DNA of 64,000 nucleotides, taken from the human T2T-CHM13v2.0 reference genome, Homo sapiens. Made by a program: the position numbers and the translations under genes. The notes below the pieces were generated by a model. That model had not been told where the DNA came from. It made no database searches and worked only from the letters and a program-made list of their open reading frames with translations. The stretch lies in assembly GCF_009914755.1 (NCBI RefSeq), contig NC_060926.1; one strand, 5' to 3'. How positions within the stretch are numbered: the first letter of the stretch is position 1; the number at the start of each line of letters is the position of its first letter. Shown one piece after another: positions 38,161 to 54,232 of this stretch.

Positions 38161-39318
38161 TAAAATATATATCTTCTAGGGTAGGCTAGTAGCTATTCAC
38201 AGTAAGATTCTACTTCTTTTTTTGTTTGTTTTTTGAGATGGGTCTCACCATATTGCACAGGCTCCTGGGCTCAAGCAATCTACCCACTTCAGCCTCCCAA
38301 ATAGCTGGGACTGTAGGCACATGCCACCATGCCCAGCGTAACAGTAAGATTCTGATAGGTGACCAAAGCTAGAACCTAGGCCTCCAGCAGCCAAAGCCTA
38401 ATTTGATGGCTCAGTGGACACACAAAGCTAATTTGATAGCTCACGCCAAACAAAGAGACATTTTTATCACAATTTATCTAAGAGGCTTCCCACTTCTTAT
38501 TTGGAAAACAGGTGGCAAAATAAAAAGAAAACCTTTGAAAGGTGAAAGATAAGAAAATCCTTGTGTTTGTGTAATTTTGAACCTGAAAAGGCTAAGTTCA
38601 CTGACTTTACAGATTCAATTATGGATGGCTGGTTTTTATTTCTCTACCCATTGGCCTTGGTGACATCATGACATTCCCCTGAGTTTGGTTAATGAAAGCA
38701 AACAAACAAATAAACAAAAAGAGCGATTGAAGAACAGCATAAAACAAAGTGAAAACATTATGTGGTTGCATCTTTTGCATTTCCTGGTAAAAGTGCTAAT
38801 GGCACTAAGAAGCCAATGTTTGTACCATTCTACTTTAACGACGTGTTTCCGACATGATTCCCTTTACTCCTGAGGTTAAGGCACACCAGGCTGAACAAGG
38901 TGAGAGTTCTGACATGCATCATGGAATGCACAGGCTCCAAGAGCATCTATATGAAGAGTAGCCAGCAGGGAAGAAGCAAAGGGATCCAGATTTAGTTGAA
39001 GGGTCCTGCAGGCTTCAAGTGGTTCAGACTAGACTAGAAGCACGAGACAGTACTATAAGGCACTCCTACAGGGACAAGAGACACAAGGGAAGGCCAACAT
39101 GGAGAAGGAGCCACAGGCCCCAGCTGTCCTCTAGCTGGTTTATTAGCCATGAGGCCTGCCTCTGGGCTGGGGCTCAGAACTAGGGGCAAGGAAGATCCAG
39201 GGAAAAGAGAGAGGCTGGTTTGCAGCTTCACGGCCAATAGGAGGGAGCCCTCCTAAGAGTTAGGAGTTGCTGTGAGTTGCTGTAGGTGCCTGAATCTTCT
39301 ACTCTGGGCAACAACCAG

Positions 39319-39371
39319 CTTCATTCAAAGTCTGGAACTTCATTCAAAGTCTGGAACTTCATTCAAAGTCT
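39319..39371. repeat. 19-bp tandem repeat x2.8 (CTTCATTCAAAGTCTGGAA)
   Basis: Units 39319-37, 39338-56, partial 39357-71; identical copies. Confidence 0.95.
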
Positions 39372-39382
39372 TGTCTTTCTAA

Positions 39383-39766
<384 letters not shown>

Positions 39767-42700
39767 TGATTCACCCACCTCGGCCTTCAAAGTGTTGGGA
39801 TTACAGGCATGAGCCACTACGTTCAGCCTAATTTTTTTATTTTTAGTATAGACCTGATTTCACCATTTTTGGCCCGGCTGGTCTCAAACTCCTGACCTCA
39901 AGTGATCTGCCTGCCTTGGCCTCCCAAAGGGCTGGGATTACAGGCGTGAGCCACCAATCCTGGCCAAGTGGAACCCACTTTAAATAAAACTGACAACTAC
40001 CGGTATGGTTAGGAGGGTATCCCATACTCTTGTCTTTTACCTAGAGTTTAACAATGACTTGGATTTTCCCTCAGCCATGCACCCATTAAAACGCACTAAG
40101 GAAAGACCCTTGAGTCAGAGATTTTTGAATCCAATGAAATTAGAATCGTCTACCAATAAGGAGACTACTGGGTGCTAGACTTAACTGTCGAAACACCGTT
40201 CCACATGACAGAAATCAACACTTGTCTGTTTACATTAACCGAGCAGAGCTTAGTCACCCATCACTGGATTCGACCTCGAGCAGACAGCTCTACCTGACTC
40301 AGGGTCGGAAGAGTGATACAAGGTGTGCAACATATGAAGCTCCTAATGCCCATCACTAACAAGTGACACGGAGGCAGGGGAAACAGAGAGTGCCGCTACC
40401 GATTCAGGTCACGCAAAGGAGGGAGGCTCTTTCAAGGTCTTGCTCCAACTTCACGTTTTCACATTATTTCAGAGTAAGAAAAGAAGTGGTGCAGACAACT
40501 CAAGAAATAAAATGGGCAAAAATTATACACATCTCTATTTACTAGGAGAAGTAAAAAAATAAAACAACCCCTGTGTTGAAACCAGGCAGTATTGGAATCA
40601 GGAGGTGAAGATCTGTTTCATAATCTAGTGATTTCAAGAGAGTGTGTCAGATCAACGGAGATGAATAATTGTGCACAAATACACGAGCAACAGCATTGGC
40701 TTGACTCTAAAGGAGGACCAGAATGTGTCTCTACTTCCACTGCTAACGCCCCTCTGCAGAAAATGTTCAGTGTGCGTGGCATCGTGCTAGTCCCACCTGG
40801 ATATACTAATTTATGGACGGCCTTTTCTAGCCAATGGGTAGAGAACAAACTCCCAGGTTTGGAAGCCAAGCCTCTCTGAGGAGGCACAGAAAAGAACTAT
40901 CCGATGTCCACGTTCAGTGTGTACACACAACACACAGAGACAAAAACAGAGGCCAGGCTCCGTCAGAGGACACACTCTAGCTGAGCAAAGGCTGCATTCG
41001 GCAACTAGGGTGGTGTAAACACCTCGGATCTCACTGCAGCCGGAAGGAAGTCACGGCATAGTCCCTTTTCAGGAGTCTGAGGGATACCACTTGTGTTGCA
41101 AACCACAGATCCCAAGTATTAGACGTATTCCCTTCTTGGTGGAGGCCTACTCTAGAAGAATCAAAAACCGATGACCCTCTCAGCGAATCCGATGTTAAAG
41201 CTCCTAACTAGGTGACCCTTTAGCACTACAGACGTAAAAATGACTCTAATGCACTCCCTAGAAAAGGCAGTGAAGCAAAGGGGGCTGCTGAGAGTTTACA
41301 TGGTTTTCATATAAAGAGGCTTTTAACTTTGGAAAAAGCGGGCCTGGAAAGAACACTACCCCCATTCCAGTTGACGGCTTTTTAAGTACTTTGTGGCCTT
41401 CCTGCCGCGGTGCAAAATGAGGTCTATTTTAGGAACTGGCTTCTTTACTGCGGGGTTAGATGCCAACATTTCACCAGGGTTGGACGATCTCACACATGAG
41501 TTTCTGGCACTTTTAGGAGGGATTTCCTCAAGTGATACACTAGGGAATGAGCCTTTCAGCAAAAAGCGGTTCCCCGGAGTCAGTTGCCAGCTCCAGGAGA
41601 TTAATTGGCCATTTTTTCATATGTTTTATGTGCAAGATATTTAATATGGGATGAAAAATGGAACACGAGGAAAAGCAGGTATTAGTTTGGTCTGAAAGAG
41701 GTGGTAATCCACAGATTTGCTTTTGTTTCGACAGTTTCTAAGCAGTGGAACAATTACCTAACAGTGCACCAAGTAATTTGTTAAAGTTGAAAACAGTAAG
41801 GGCGTTCATGTGCGCCAAGGTATTCTGGGCTGAAAACAGCAATTTTGAATTTTCATGGCAGACCCAACTCCTAAGCTGGCTCCACTCTGTCCTATCAGAT
41901 TTTGGTGGTGGTGGCAGAGAATGTCATAGGCCTGTGGCTGGCACCGACCAAGCTGTCAGGGTGGTACGAAAAGGAGAGGAAACAGGAGTGCTGGACATGG
42001 ACCCAGCTCTGGGTAGCTGATGGTGATAACACATCGATTTTTTGTTTCCCTTTTGAAAATAAGCAGAAAATGATGTGGGTGGAAAGTCCTCCTTAGGAGT
42101 TCACAGGGACTGCTCGTATTTAGCAGGGCCCTCTAAATGGGGACTGGTGAAAACAAAGATGTTTTGAACGGGGATCCAGAATTTCGCCCTTGACTCTCGG
42201 CAGGTATGACCCTGGGTGCCTGTGAGCTAGGAGAGGAAATTCTGTATGCAGGGCAAACATGTTACAAGGGGAGGAGATGGCACTGCACTTCAGGTCTCCA
42301 AATGCAGTGTGCTAGGAATGGCCTCGCTGACAGTTGGAATCACGGATACATTAATTACAGCGAAGGCAAAAGTAAGCTACAGTGACAGGGAGCTGGGGGC
42401 GGAGGGAGAAGGCACTTTGCCATGGGAGCACATCTGTTTTATAATAAGCAGGTCTATAATTCTCTTGTGAAAGATCATGTTCTGCTATCTTCTCTGAGGC
42501 TGGAAAATATAAATACTGTATTTTACCAAGAGGAGGAGGAAAGGAGATGATCAAATTTGTTTGCCTGTTGCCAAGTGTTTGAGATTTTCCACCCTTTTTC
42601 TTTTGTGTGCAACATTCTCTTTAACTAGAGTGGGGGAAAAGTCAACCTGCTTTTCTAAGGGTAAAAGGCACCGTCAGGCGTCTCATGAATAGGGCCCTGG

Positions 42701-44545
42701 CCTTTTAACAAGTTTTCAAGCCTTGGTTGCGGCTACTGTATAGTCAGAAAATAAATGCATGTATGGTGTTGAGCTATTAAGGTGAAATGTGTGGCCTGGG
42801 GCCAAAGGAACTGGTGTGGGTTGAGAGGTAAAATGCTTACATCTAACTGCACAAAAGTCAGTCTGAAATGTCACATCTCTAGATGGATGGAAGTATCATG
42901 AGTTGGGGTCTTGGGGAAGCGGCGTGTGGGGGAAAGGAGCAATGGGGTTGAATGTACCAAGTATGTTGTGAGCCACTGATCCTAATAGCAGCAAAACTAC
43001 TAAACCATGAAGACATAGAAGGCATCTGCTCAGTGCGAAAGCTACAGAATCTTCTCATAAAGTCTACTGAGAACTGTTCCATTATAAACATATTTTTCTT
43101 GCTCTAGGGAGAGTTAAGGGGAAGGAATGGGAGCTGTCAGGGTCCCAGGGCTGTCCTACCTGCCGTTTTGGTCACAGTGACTGCCACGTGCTCTTCCAAG
43201 GGCACTGCAGCTGGAGAACACTACCTGCCAAATAGCAAAGCAGATCTCTTTCTTACTCCTATTATTTATTTTAGCACTCTTTGTTTTACTTCAAGGTGGC
43301 AATTATATATGTGTGTGTATATATATATATTTATTTAAATAATATTAGATCTAATTCATTAATTATACTTGTAAGTTTGTATTTTCTTAATAGTCCAAAG
43401 TTGGTATTTTGAAGTTCCACATTACTCTGATTTTTTAAACAAAAAAATGAGAAAGCAAGAATGGTCACATTGACAAAGGTCGAAATGAAAGTGCAGGAAG
43501 AACAACGAGAAATAAAGCACTTAAAATGAATAGGTAGGAACTGCCTCCACAGGATTCTGAGAAAAGAAACTAAAACGACCCTCTTTGGGAATATACTTAC
43601 TAGATAGCCTTATCTACCAGTCTACACGACGATGTCTTTAACAACCACCCCAGGACATTTCCTCCGGCCAGCATCATGAAAAAAATCATAAATATCAACC
43701 ATGGGCACCCGTTGAAAACTGTTAAGAAAGCCATGTGTACAGCCTGGAAAACACGGTGGAGCGTCACATCATTAGGTGGGTGATGGGATTAGTACCGAAA
43801 AACAGACCGACAACACGCAGTTATTGGTCGCAGAGGTTTCTTCTCTTCTCAGGAAAAAAACTTCTGAGATTAACTTCAAAACCAGAACCAGCCCTCCTCA
43901 TAAATGAGGGGTGTATGCTTTCTGTCAGAGGGGGCTTGGCTCCTGTTTCCAGCCATCGGCTCTGCTTACGTGATTCCCCGCCTCCACAGGAGGAACTGAG
44001 GCGGGAGCGCCACGGACACCAGGTCCTGGAAGGACCCAGCAGTCTCTTGTGTTTTGAAGGTTTTCTTATGAAACAGATGATGATGGGTGCCTGCCTCAGT
44101 TACCTCAGCCTCTGTGAAGGCTAAAAATAAATAACACAAAAATAACCTAAAGCACTGTTTTGTGCAGGAAATGCTTCCTTTTGTGTCTTGGGTAATAAAA
44201 TGTACCGAGAGACAGAGAGAAAAAAAAAGTCTGAACTATAAAGCATTGTGTATACCACGTTTTGTCTGGGAGCAAGCAGCTGAAATTCTTGGCTAAGTGT
44301 AATCCAGCTATTGGTAGTTTCTCGAGCCACAGAGGTTCTGTGGATCGTCTGGACAATGATGTACACAGAGCATACGTACAGGACGTATAGGTATTTGCGT
44401 ATATATAAATAAATATATATATCTATATCTAGTTGAAGAGGATACATACTCTTCTTCCAAAGGGGTCTAACTGGCTAGTTAGGAGGCCGCTCTGGGGCTG
44501 ATGGATTGTTGATTGGTGAATCCCTGGCCTTCGGGTCGGCTGGAG

Positions 44546-44723
44546 TCAGGTGTTCTGGTAGGACAGCTCGAACATGGTGCAAGCCTCCTCTAGACTCTCG
44601 TCCATGTTCAGTCTCTGCCAGAAAGACTTCTGCTTCTTCTGCAGCTCTCGGCGAACACACCTCGGGCAGGGGACAGACTTTTCTTTGCATTCAGAATGGA
44701 AAACGGCTCCACAGCTTTCACAC
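44546..44723 (-). CDS. PLEKHM3: Terminal coding exon of PLEKHM3 (C-terminus of Rubicon-homology/DUF4206 zinc-binding domain)
   Basis: Minus strand: acceptor ttttgcag|G (exon starts 44723, phase 2), then [58 protein letters not shown] and TGA (44548-44546). The CxxC-x4-HxxC...CPRC pattern matches the Rubicon/PLEKHM1/DEF8 family; the ...MFELSYQNT ending is recognised as PLEKHM3. Confidence 0.92.
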
Positions 44724-46448
44724 CTGCAAAAGTCAACCATGGATATGATGAGCAAGACTGAAGCCAGCAAGACACAAATGGGAAGCCCTGTGGCCTCAGG
44801 TGCAGCTGGTGGCACAATCTACTGTTCTGGACAACCCTGCCAATGGGAAGGGAGATGACTCACTGAAATGAACTGTTTGTTTTTCCAAAATGCTCAAGGT
44901 TGAATTTCACTTGAAAAACATTTTTGCTTTTCTGATCTGAACTAGGGCTTATGAGTGGGGGGGAGTCCGCAGTCACCCAGCAATTCTGGTTATAGTGACA
45001 ATGGACAGAACACCAGAAGCTCTCCATTGAGAAGGGAATTGGCAGTGACTCTAGAGTGAAATGACAGAAAATGAGAGGGGAGTGCCTCGTGAAAACGCTC
45101 GGCACACCAGTGACAGCCACAGCGTTACATCCATGGCGAGGCAGCTTTCTACATCAGTTAACACGAGCTAAGTGGTTCTCTGTTAACTAGCTGCCTTTAT
45201 TTGACAGTTTGAAAAGATAAAATGACACATTTTCATTTTCTGAATGACATCCTGTGGTCTATGAAATCTTGTGAGTTTTTTAAAAATTAGGAAAAAACTC
45301 CTACCTTTGTAAGTCTACCTTTATAACATGAGCGTGAACATTAAAGCAGGAGACAGTGGGGAAGAAAACATTTTTCAAACAATATGACAGATATTGTAAT
45401 ATGTAGAGAGCAAACATTCCAGGTGGATGACTCATTTGTTGTTTGGCTTGGTGGAAGCCTGCACGGGAGTCTAAATAACTTGTTTTTACAGCGAAGTTTT
45501 TATTTATTTATTTTTTTGGAGATAGGGTCTCACTCTGTCACCCAGGCTGAAGTGCAGTGGTGTGACCTCGGCTCACTGCACCCTCTGCCTCCTCCTGGGC
45601 TCAAGTGATCCTCCCACCTCAGCCTCCCGAGTAGTTGGGACTACAGGCACCCACCACCACACCTGGCTAATTTTTGTATTTTTAGTAGAGACGGGGTTTT
45701 GCCATGTTGGCCAGGCAGGTCTGGAACTCTTGACCTCAGGTGATCCACCCGCCTCGGCTTCCCAAAGTGCTAGGATTACAGGTGTGAGCCACTGCATTTG
45801 GTCTGCAAAGCTTTTAATAATGAGTAACTGACAAGCTCAAATACAGCTGCTCCAGTGAGTGGTTTGCCGATATGGACTGAGTTTTCATCCTTCCACGAGG
45901 GTAACAGGCAACTTTTACCAAGTCCTAGGAGCCCAGGGAATTGCACCTGTGTAATTTTGTTCAGCCTGCAGCATTCAGGGAGGGTCCAGAACTGACTGGG
46001 TTCGAAGAGGGTTGCGAAGGAACCAGTCCCGAGGGCTCAGCCTCAGGCTTCTTTTGCTTTTTCACAGCGTCTTGAGTTTCAGTGCCAGGTGCAGGATGGT
46101 CTTGGGGGCATTATCTCCTAGTCTGCCACTGACTTACCCCACCACCATTCAGGACCCAGAGGGCTTAGTGAAAGGAAGATCTTCCTACCCACCCTCATAC
46201 CTTGGAGAGGAGGCAGTGACTTGGATGGAGACACACTGTTGCGGGGTGGGGGGTTGGAAGGGGGAGAAAGAGAAAGTGTGTGTGTATGTGGGTGTGTGCG
46301 TGCACACCTATTCCAGCAGAGGCACAGGAAGACAAGACTTCCTGCACCCAGCAGCTCTACCCCCAGCTTGGCTCTCTGGGTCAAGTGAAACATACAGGTG
46401 GTGAGGCCAGCCAGCAAGGAGCTTCACATCAATTCCTGGCTGTGTGAC

Positions 46449-47177
<729 letters not shown>

Positions 47178-48950
47178 CCTTACGCAAGTCACGTCGCCTT
47201 TCTGAGCTTCCTGCACTTCAGTGTCCTTATCAGCTAAATGGAGACTACATAGCACCCACCTCCTGGGGTGCTGCGGGGCTCAGGTAACATCATGGATGCA
47301 GTGTATTCCCAGTTCCTGGCCGTGGTGGGAAGTGCTTAGTGAACAGCAAGGACTGCTCCGGCCAGGGTGCCCCCCAGGCTGCCTGCTGCCTTCTGTGCAG
47401 CTGCATTGCAGCCTGACTTCACCCATGTCACTATGGAGACCTGAGGACATCTCAGTCAACCCCCTCCTTGCCTAGATGAGAAAAGAGACTCCAAGAGGGC
47501 TAGGGATTGCCTACCGGGGACGCAGTGAGTTGGAGACAGAGTTGTGACTGGAACCCAGGGCTCCTGGCAGCCCAGCCAAGGCTCTTACCGAGCACCACGC
47601 TGCCGGCTGAGGCCTGGCCATCCCAGCGAGAGCATGGAGCCATCGCATAGGGAAACGTAGGGCTTCCAATCAGAACACCTGTGTCAAACCACAAATCCTT
47701 TGTAGCTGAGTGACAGTGGGCAAGTTACTACTTAAGTTCTTGGTGCTTTGGTTTTCTCATTTGTAAAATGCTGCTCACGGTGAACCCCTTCCTATTCACT
47801 GGGTTGCTGTGAGACTAAAATGAGAAATATACTTTTAAGTGGAAGGACTACGCAAAGGCTGCGACGCCGCCCCTCACAGGTGACTCTAGTACCCGTCTCC
47901 TTGACACAGGCGCTATCCTGGACATGGCAGGGTCACCTCTAGCATCTTCCTCTTCCCAGCCCCCTCCTCCTTCCAGTGAGGATAAAGGTCAGACCCATGT
48001 CTTCTAGAGCCTCTCTCATCTGGGCCAGCTCCTTCCTAGTGGCAATGGCTTTGTCCCCACTGGTCACACCTCTGTAACCTTCTATCACTAAAGTGACACT
48101 AATGATAGCTTTATCATATAAATTTCCTCCTTCCAGCCCCCTTTCCCCTGCTGGGTTAGTCAGTGATTTATACACCTAGGGATGTTGCCCCAGGGCAGTG
48201 ATTGATAAGGAGGAAAAACCCTGGGTTCCTTCAGTACCACTCCCTTATCTCTGCTGATACCAGGCTGCAGTGAGTGAAGAGATTGGGTCTTATCGGATAT
48301 TTCTGGTGCAGCAAACACCCATGGGGTGATGGAAGAGCTGAGCGCACCTGCTCTTTCTAACCAAAGGTCAGTAACTGAACAAAAAGCATGAGATAAAAAA
48401 AAATTAATGATTTCAAAATAGAACTAAGTCCTATTTTCTAACAATTTGTAACCCAGCAGGTATCTTTTAAACTGTAGTATGGATAGATTGATCAATGACT
48501 TTCCAAATTCCAAGAATCTATAGTTAATCCCTCCCCCAACCCTTTTCTCTTTAAAGGAAAAGAATAAGGGGAGGAAAAGGAAGGAGAAAGGGAAATTGTT
48601 CTCTTACATAAGATTTATGGAGCCCTGTAATAAAAATGTAAAGTTCAGGATAAATATTTACATTAAAAAATGTAATATATGGGTGTGTTCCTCTTTGAGA
48701 ATAGGATTTTATTTTTTCACTTTAAAAAAATTCATTGGCCGGGTGCAGTGGCTCATGCCTGTAATCCCAGCACTTTGGGAGGCTGAGGCAGGTGGATCAC
48801 CTGAGGTCAGGAGTTCGAGACCATCCTGGTCAAAATGGTGAAACCCCGTCTCTACTAAAAATACAAAAATTAGCTGGGTGTGGTGGTGTGTGCCTGTAAT
48901 CCCAGCTACTCGGGAGGCTAGGCAGGAGAATCGCTTGAACCCGGGAGTCA

Positions 48951-49382
<432 letters not shown>

Positions 49383-49767
49383 TCACTGAGTTTCTTGACT
49401 GTATTTAAAATATGATTTAGCACATACAACTTTTCAGGAACACATCTTTCTTATAAGGCAAATCTACCAATGTAATCATCTCTGCTGAAAATTGCAACAG
49501 GTAATGAAAGAGAAATGTCCCTTTGGTGTTCCTGTGTGATACATGAAATGAAAGCTGGTGTCTTCATTCTGAGTCATCCAGTCCAGTGATAAGCAGTTTC
49601 ACTGCTTGTTGGATGTTGCTGTACATCACAGAAAACAAAGACTAACGTCCTCCCTTTGCAGTGTCTGCAACTGCAGGGAGACATTTGCTACTGACCAAAG
49701 TCATCCAATGGGTTTTTCTGTTTTTTTTTTTCTTGAAAACATTCATTGCTTCATGTTTTCTCATACC

Positions 49768-49987
49768 TAGGGATCTCAACCTTGGCCCTACTGACATTTT
49801 GAGTTATAATCCTTTGATGTGAGGGGGTGTCCTGTGCATCATAGGATGTGTAGCAGCATCCCTGGCCTCTCTCGGCTAGATGCCAATAGCCATGTCACCC
49901 CCTCCTCCCAGTTGTGACAACCAGCAATATCTCCAAACACTGCCAAATGCCTCTGCGGGCAAAACCATCCCTGTTGAGAACCACTGA
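49768..49987 (+). mobile_element. MER20 (hAT-Charlie)
   Basis: tctcaaccttggc..tactgacatttt...gtcctgtgcat..taggatg..tagcagcatccctggcctct...gttgtgacaacc...gttgagaaccactg. Confidence 0.85.
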
Positions 49988-50211
49988 CCTAATCTAGTGG
50001 AAAATGCATCACAGAGGGAGTACCCAGGGATACTTACACAGGACTCCCACACTGAATTTGCAAGTGTCACCTGCTGGCTTACGTTCTTACCAACCAATAA
50101 GGTCCAGTGTAGTGTACTTATTCATTTAACTTTCACAAGTACGTATTTTAAACACATCATTTGATTAAAATAGTTGAAACCACTAATATTAATATTAACC
50201 AGTGATTTCTG

Positions 50212-50256
50212 TTACTTCTAATGGCAAAAATCGCACTTGCTTTTGCACCAACCTAA
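50212..50256. mobile_element. Truncated MADE1 (Hsmar1 MITE), one TIR
   Basis: ttacttctaatggcaaaaatcgcacttgcttttgcaccaacctaa resembles the MADE1 right half. Confidence 0.75.
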
Positions 50257-50344
50257 ATGGAAATCATTTAGAATATCATTTAAGAAGTCAATATCAGTGA
50301 CGCAATGCTGTGCATCACTGTCACTCCCTATCAACTCACTCTGA

Positions 50345-50993
<649 letters not shown>

Positions 50994-51185
50994 TAGTCCC
51001 ATTTATTTGCTCTTTGGCCAAGAACCTCTGGGCTGTTTCTCTGTGGTATTTTCTGCTTCTTTATGTCCTACCTGGGCCATCTAACAAAGCAAAGCTAAAA
51101 GTTTTACATCTACTTCATAAAATAAATTGCTTTTATGCAACTGTGAAGCAGTTAGGTTTCAACAACTTGTTTTTTTTTTTTTTGA

Positions 51186-51383
<198 letters not shown>

Positions 51384-52443
51384 TAGTCTCGAACTCCTGA
51401 CCTTGTGATCCGCCCGCCTTGGCCTCCCAAAGTGCTGGGATTACAGGTGTGAGCCACCGTACCCTGCCGGTTTCAACAACTTCTGCAATAAAAAGGAGAC
51501 CAATACTACTTCAATGGGGTACTTACTACAGAGAGTAGACCTCAGCTTGAGTGAGGAGCCCCGAGTCCTTGGCGCAGGTTGGCCTTGGTGTCACAGGGGT
51601 CTTGGGTAAGTTACTTTATCTCTAAATCTCACTCTCCACAGAAGTAAAAGAGAAGCTTGGGTTAATCTAAAGTTTCTTCCAACTTGCAGATTTTGTGCAG
51701 GATTTGGGGGCCGGGGGAGCTACTCTGGGTTGTACTCTCCTCTCTCCAAATTGTCTTGCTCCAAGGTCTGTGAGTTAATGAGTAGGAACGTAGTTTTGGT
51801 ACCTCCCCAGAGAGTCTCAAACTCATAAGCTGGGACTGCATGAGATGAACCTTAAGATGTAAAGCATTACTTTTTATTTCATTTATTTGCATTGATTAAT
51901 CAAGCTATGAAATAGCTTATATGAACTAGTATATATAGCTCTGACTCAGGAATTTGGCCAAAAGGAGCTGAGTTTGCCCCTATTTAATAAAATTTCAATT
52001 AAAAATTAAGGGTTCCTTTTTTAGCCTTCTCCCAATCCTTATCAGTGCCTCTTCTTCCCAAGGGAAAAAAACATAATTGTTAAATGTTGTCAAGTTTTTT
52101 GGGGGGATGGGGATGAGGAGGGCCAGCTAGAGATGACAGCCATTTACCAGCCTATGTGGAAATATGTTTGTGTTTTAACTGTTGGGACAGCTGCACCAGA
52201 GTTAACTGGGTGCATGTCAACACTGGATACACCACAAGACATGGGACCAGGAAGGGAGGACCAGAGTTCAACTTCTGTGGATGCTCTTGTGAGCACTCCT
52301 AATTATCTGTGTGTGCCCTGACGAACTGGTCCCCTTCTTTGGGATAGGAGCAGGGGAACATCTCCCCCATTTTGGGGCAGCATAAATCTCACTTTGAATT
52401 TCAATAAATGCATCATATGCATGCCTGTAATCCCAGCTACTTA

Positions 52444-52542
<99 letters not shown>

Positions 52543-53680
52543 CTAAAAAAAAAAAAAAAAAAGCACCATGGAATGAGACTATATATTTTATGAACAGTCT
52601 TTGACCCAAACATTAGCTTATTGACCCATAGCAAGTGAGGAAGAAGTTCATACCCTAGAAATCTAATAGTCCATCACCAAGAGATAGGCCAGACACGATG
52701 CTCTTATTGTAGTTATTGAAACTAGGAAAATGAACCTGCTGCAAACTAGCAGAACTAAGTATGTGCAGGGGGAAAAGGTTTGCTTCTCAAATATTATGGC
52801 AAAGAGGCAAGAATTCCTGGCTGCAGAGTTTCCTGTTCTGGAATGCTGATGATGTGAGACCAATTAGAGACAGGCCCAATGGCTTTGTCTGCACCCTTCC
52901 AGATTCTAGCTGCACACAGGGAGGTCACAGGAAACTGCTAAAGGCCGCTGCCCCGAGTTGAGGTCACTGAAATGCTTCTGCTGTGTTCATGTTGGGTTCT
53001 TCTCCTGCTGCATTTTTATTTTTGGCTCAGGCAATGGCCTCAGATATTTCACTTGGATTGAAATTCAGGCTTCAGTTTGGTTGCATCTCTGACAAGCAAA
53101 AGGACAGGCCTGCAGAGCAGGGCAGAGCCTTGGCTGGTTTCCACTCTGCAGAGCCCACAACGAATGGGGTGGGGCTCAGAAATAAGTGCACGTTATCAGG
53201 CATGTGAGTGCGGCTTTGCGTATGGCTACTATGCAACGCCCCCCATACAGCCACTAGCTATTACTGGTTTTTCCAAAAAACCAAGATTACTTAAATCTCT
53301 TAGCTAAGGAGGGTAGTTACTGGATCCTGGTTATTTAAATGTTTTGGGTTGGTGTTTTATTTGTTATTGTGTAAGTAAACATAAGCAAACAATTTGTAAT
53401 TTGCTTGAATAGGAAATCAGCCAATATCATGTATAGTTTATGCTTCCATGTGAGCCTATATGCTATGCATGTACTTATAGACATACACAGGATACTAGAC
53501 ATTCTAAGGTAAAATGAATTAAATATGATTAATAGGATTAATTTAGCTGTGCCCAGCTAAATTAAGCCATAATTCCAGCACTTTGGGAGGCTGAAGCAGG
53601 CAGATTGCCTAAGGTCAGGAGTTTGAGACCAGCCTGGCCAACACGGTGAAACCCCGTGTCTACTAAAAATACAAAAATTA

Positions 53681-53818
<138 letters not shown>

Positions 53819-53908
53819 TCATCTCAATAAAATAAAATAAAATTACAATAGTTCTCCCTTTTTTTTTTTTTTTTTTGAGATGGAGTCAGGCTGGTCTTGT
53901 TCTCCTGA

Positions 53909-54232
<324 letters not shown>

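Noticed and set aside
39319-39371. CRISPR-like array (also considered at 46893-46955 and 55474-55568)
   Set aside because: Repeats are directly tandem without unique spacers, in primate DNA with no cas genes.
44724-44815. N-terminal 30 aa of the 89-aa ORF ([10 protein letters not shown]...)
   Set aside because: Intronic sequence upstream of the splice acceptor; family similarity starts only at (R)CESC.
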